Positions 60,396 to 64,000 of a DNA stretch of 64,000 bases are shown here, piece by piece (the stretch's first letter is position 1; each line of letters starts with the position of its first letter). The notes under the pieces are model-generated. The model had not been told where the DNA came from. It worked only from the letters and a program-made list of their open reading frames with translations, and did no database searches. The position numbers were made by a program, and so were the translations under genes. The stretch comes from Auanema rhodensis (lineage: Eukaryota > Animalia > Nematoda): contig OZ059895.1 of NCBI GenBank assembly GCA_964057225.1, positions 5,208,001 to 5,272,000 of the forward strand. The letters run 5' to 3'.

Positions 60396-60915
60396 GATGA
60401 TAGCTAGTGGTGAGTTGTGAGACTCGTTAACCCCAAACAAATTGCGCACGCACTATATACAGTATAGCAAGCAAGCTCCGCCCACCACCTTCCTTTGTTG
60501 CAGGACTAAATTTTAAAAAATGAAAACTTATGTACAATTAAAAATGAAACAACATCATATCTAATATAGTTAGTTATAATATAAAATTGCAATTATGCAT
60601 AATGAGAACAAAACCGATTTATCTGAAATTAGCATGAAGCTCAAGACGTCAATATCATGTTGTGCTTTACATTCAGATACAGCTTGACATCCAAACAACT
60701 TATTTTCAACACTAAAACCCTATTACATTGGATAGTTAAATAATGTACCTGAATCAATATGAGCAATTCTGATAGTGCATGATGACAAAATGCGCTTCAG
60801 TACATTAAAAAAAATGTTTATTAACGTAACAACATTCAGAAAACAAAACAGCAAATTAAGGATATGTGGCCCTAAAGAGGGCCGTTGGGTTAGGTTGCAG
60901 TACAACTCTAACAAT

Positions 60916-61287
60916 TTACTTGCTTGAGGTGTACTTGGTGACAGCCTTGGTTCCTTCAGAGACGGCGTGCTTGGCAAGTTCTCCAGGGAGGATAAGTCTG
61001 ACGGCAGTCTGGACTTCGCGAGATGAGATGGTGGATCTCTTGTTGTAGTGGGCCAGACGGGAAGCCTCAGCAGCAATGCGCTCAAAAACGTCATTAACAA
61101 ATGAGTTCATGATGCTCATGGCCTTGGAGGAAATTCCAGTGTCAGGGTGGACCTGCTTAAGTACACGGTAGACGTAGACAGAGTAAGATTCCTTTCTGGA
61201 CTTTCTCTTCTTCTTGTCTCCGGTACGGCTGACCTTCTGGGTCTTGGCGGCTTTCTTAGCTCCCTTGGCAGATGGCTTGGGTGGCAT
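60916..61287 (-). CDS. H2B: Histone H2B (copy 4; two synonymous variants)
   Basis: Same protein; silent changes at 60925 and 61270. Confidence 0.98.
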   Translation of the reverse strand: MPPKPSAKGAKKAAKTQKVSRTGDKKKRKSRKESYSVYVYRVLKQVHPDTGISSKAMSIMNSFVNDVFERIAAEASRLAHYNKRSTISSREVQTAVRLILPGELAKHAVSEGTKAVTKYTSSK

Positions 61288-61740
61288 GGTTATTGCTACG
61301 CTGACGAATCAACTGTTAATGTACAACTCGATTTGCTGACCTATATGTTAGTTAGCGCGCAAACCACGCCCCCATGCTCAGAACTCTGGTTAGAAGCTGT
61401 ACTGTAAGAAGTTTAAATAATGTTCAGCTAGTAAAACATCTGAATATATTACACATATCCTATATAATATATAATAATATATAACCATATTCAAACTATT
61501 TAATATTACAAAACAATTTATATCAAAAGTCAACAAATTATTTTACCATGATAATTAGCATTGAGCGGTTGTATTCCATATAGTTCTATTTAATTTTTTC
61601 CAAACAAAACAAAAAAAATTAATACAGAAAAGTTATTTATTATTATTTACATATTGATTATATCTTATAGCAATAATATTAATTTGTATGTGGCCCTAAA
61701 GAGGGCCGTTGGGTTAGGTAATAGTCACAAGATATGCAAC

Positions 61741-62100
<360 letters not shown>

Positions 62101-62559
62101 TCATTATATACTAGGACAGAGGAGGTCACCCTGCGACAACCCATATGAGCATTATCATCAAAAAATGCTACCAACCAGTTTTCAATATACATAGTTAAGA
62201 TTATTCAAATATACACACAGGATATAGATAAATATATTTAATTCAGCTTGAAATCATTTGAATTTTTTAAAAAATTAAAAACTTTAAAATTTACTCATAT
62301 AAGGCTGTTTCACATGAAAGTTATTTAGATAAACTTATTTGAATGCCGTGACATTATCATGAATTTCATTTTAAAGCCTTCAACTACTCTCTCAAAATCA
62401 ACAACACATCCCATACATTGTGACATCTACGTTAGTGTAAATAGCATAAAAGCTTGCAATAATTCATACAAAACTAATTTATTTTATCACAAATAATCAT
62501 ATCAAAATTAAATTTGTGGCCCTAAAGAGGGCCGTTGGGTTATGTAACGTTGCAAACGC

Positions 62560-63084
<525 letters not shown>

Positions 63085-63556
63085 TTATATTCAAAAAAAA
63101 GATGCCTTAACATATTGTATTTAATGTAAACAACTTAAATTCAAATTTAAAAACATAACCTTACTCTTCTTCTCAACAGTAATCTTTTTTTTTTTTGGAT
63201 TTCTAACAAAAAACATGAATCAAAGGTAAATGCTATGAAAATTCAAAGATTAGAAGAAAAACAATTCTCCTTAATCTTTAAAGTTTCAGATAATTAGTTA
63301 ACTATGAATAGCATCAAAAAACTAAGCTTATCACCCTCTCCTTATAAGTAGACAATTAAAAAATTCAACCGCTTATCATCAGTCCACATTTAAAATGATG
63401 GAGCACACACACTTTGAAACTGAGGTATTTTTGAAATTATTATTGAAACATCCAACATATTTTTATTTGAATTACACAATTATTAACTCATACAGAATAA
63501 AAAGAGTAATGTGGCCCTAAAGAGGGCCGTTGGGTTAGATGATAGCAGCACATCAC

Positions 63557-63940
63557 TTATTCCTTTTCTCCGGCAGTCTTCTTGGGGAGAAGGCTGGCTT
63601 GGATGTTTGGAAGAACTCCTCCTTGAGCGATGGTTACACCGGAAAGAAGTTTGTTCAACTCTTCGTCATTTCTGACGGCAAGTTGAAGATGGCGAGGGTT
63701 GATTCTGCTCTTCTTGTTATCACGGGCAGCGTTACCAGCCAACTCAAGAACTTCAGCGGCAAGATATTCAAGAACGGCAGCAAGGTAGACTGGAGCTCCG
63801 GCACCAACACGCTTAGCGTAGTTACCTTTGCGAAGCATACGATGAAGACGTCCAACAGGGAATTGAAGTCCTGCTCTTGAAGAACGGGACTTGGCCTTTC
63901 CGCCGGTCTTAGCTTTTCCTCCTTTTCCACGTCCAGACAT
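63557..63940 (-). CDS. H2A: Histone H2A (copy 5)
   Basis: Protein identical to copy 1. Confidence 0.98.
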   Translation of the reverse strand: MSGRGKGGKAKTGGKAKSRSSRAGLQFPVGRLHRMLRKGNYAKRVGAGAPVYLAAVLEYLAAEVLELAGNAARDNKKSRINPRHLQLAVRNDEELNKLLSGVTIAQGGVLPNIQASLLPKKTAGEKE

Positions 63941-64000
63941 GATGATAGCTAGTGGTGAGTTGTGAGACTCGTTAACCCCAAACAAATTGCGCACGCACTA

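Overview
AT-rich, intron-dense eukaryotic DNA from a rhabditid (clade V-like) nematode. The assignment rests on ~45-55 nt introns, C. elegans-like protein sequences and the nematode-type histone stem-loop with a CTTT loop. Bases 1-47.5 kb are a compact single-copy gene block: a partial type II membrane protein, WDR11, an unknown coiled-coil protein, EME1, a two-domain RML-4/RML-5-like probable pseudoenzyme, a PP1 phosphatase, TMEM14, a TRAF/MATH protein, PFKFB, myotubularin, a Fer-type tyrosine kinase, SmG, YOP-1/REEP5 and an ~18 kb dystrophin (dys-1). From ~48.2 kb to the window end there is a near-identical tandem array of a 3546-bp core-histone unit (about 4.5 copies visible). All four genes lie on the same strand, there is no H1, and each gene ends in an identical 28-nt stem-loop element followed by AATAAA. 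The main observations are: (1) the co-oriented histone quartet array; (2) a mosaic junction at its edge, made of H4 fragments plus ~485 bp of foreign, decayed coding-like DNA; (3) a 30-nt in-frame dystrophin microexon followed by an RBFOX/SUP-12-type composite element; (4) a candidate internal dystrophin start; (5) GC donors and AAG/GAG acceptors. Gene models were assembled by eye, so internal exon boundaries are approximate and family calls come from recalled motifs, not database searches.
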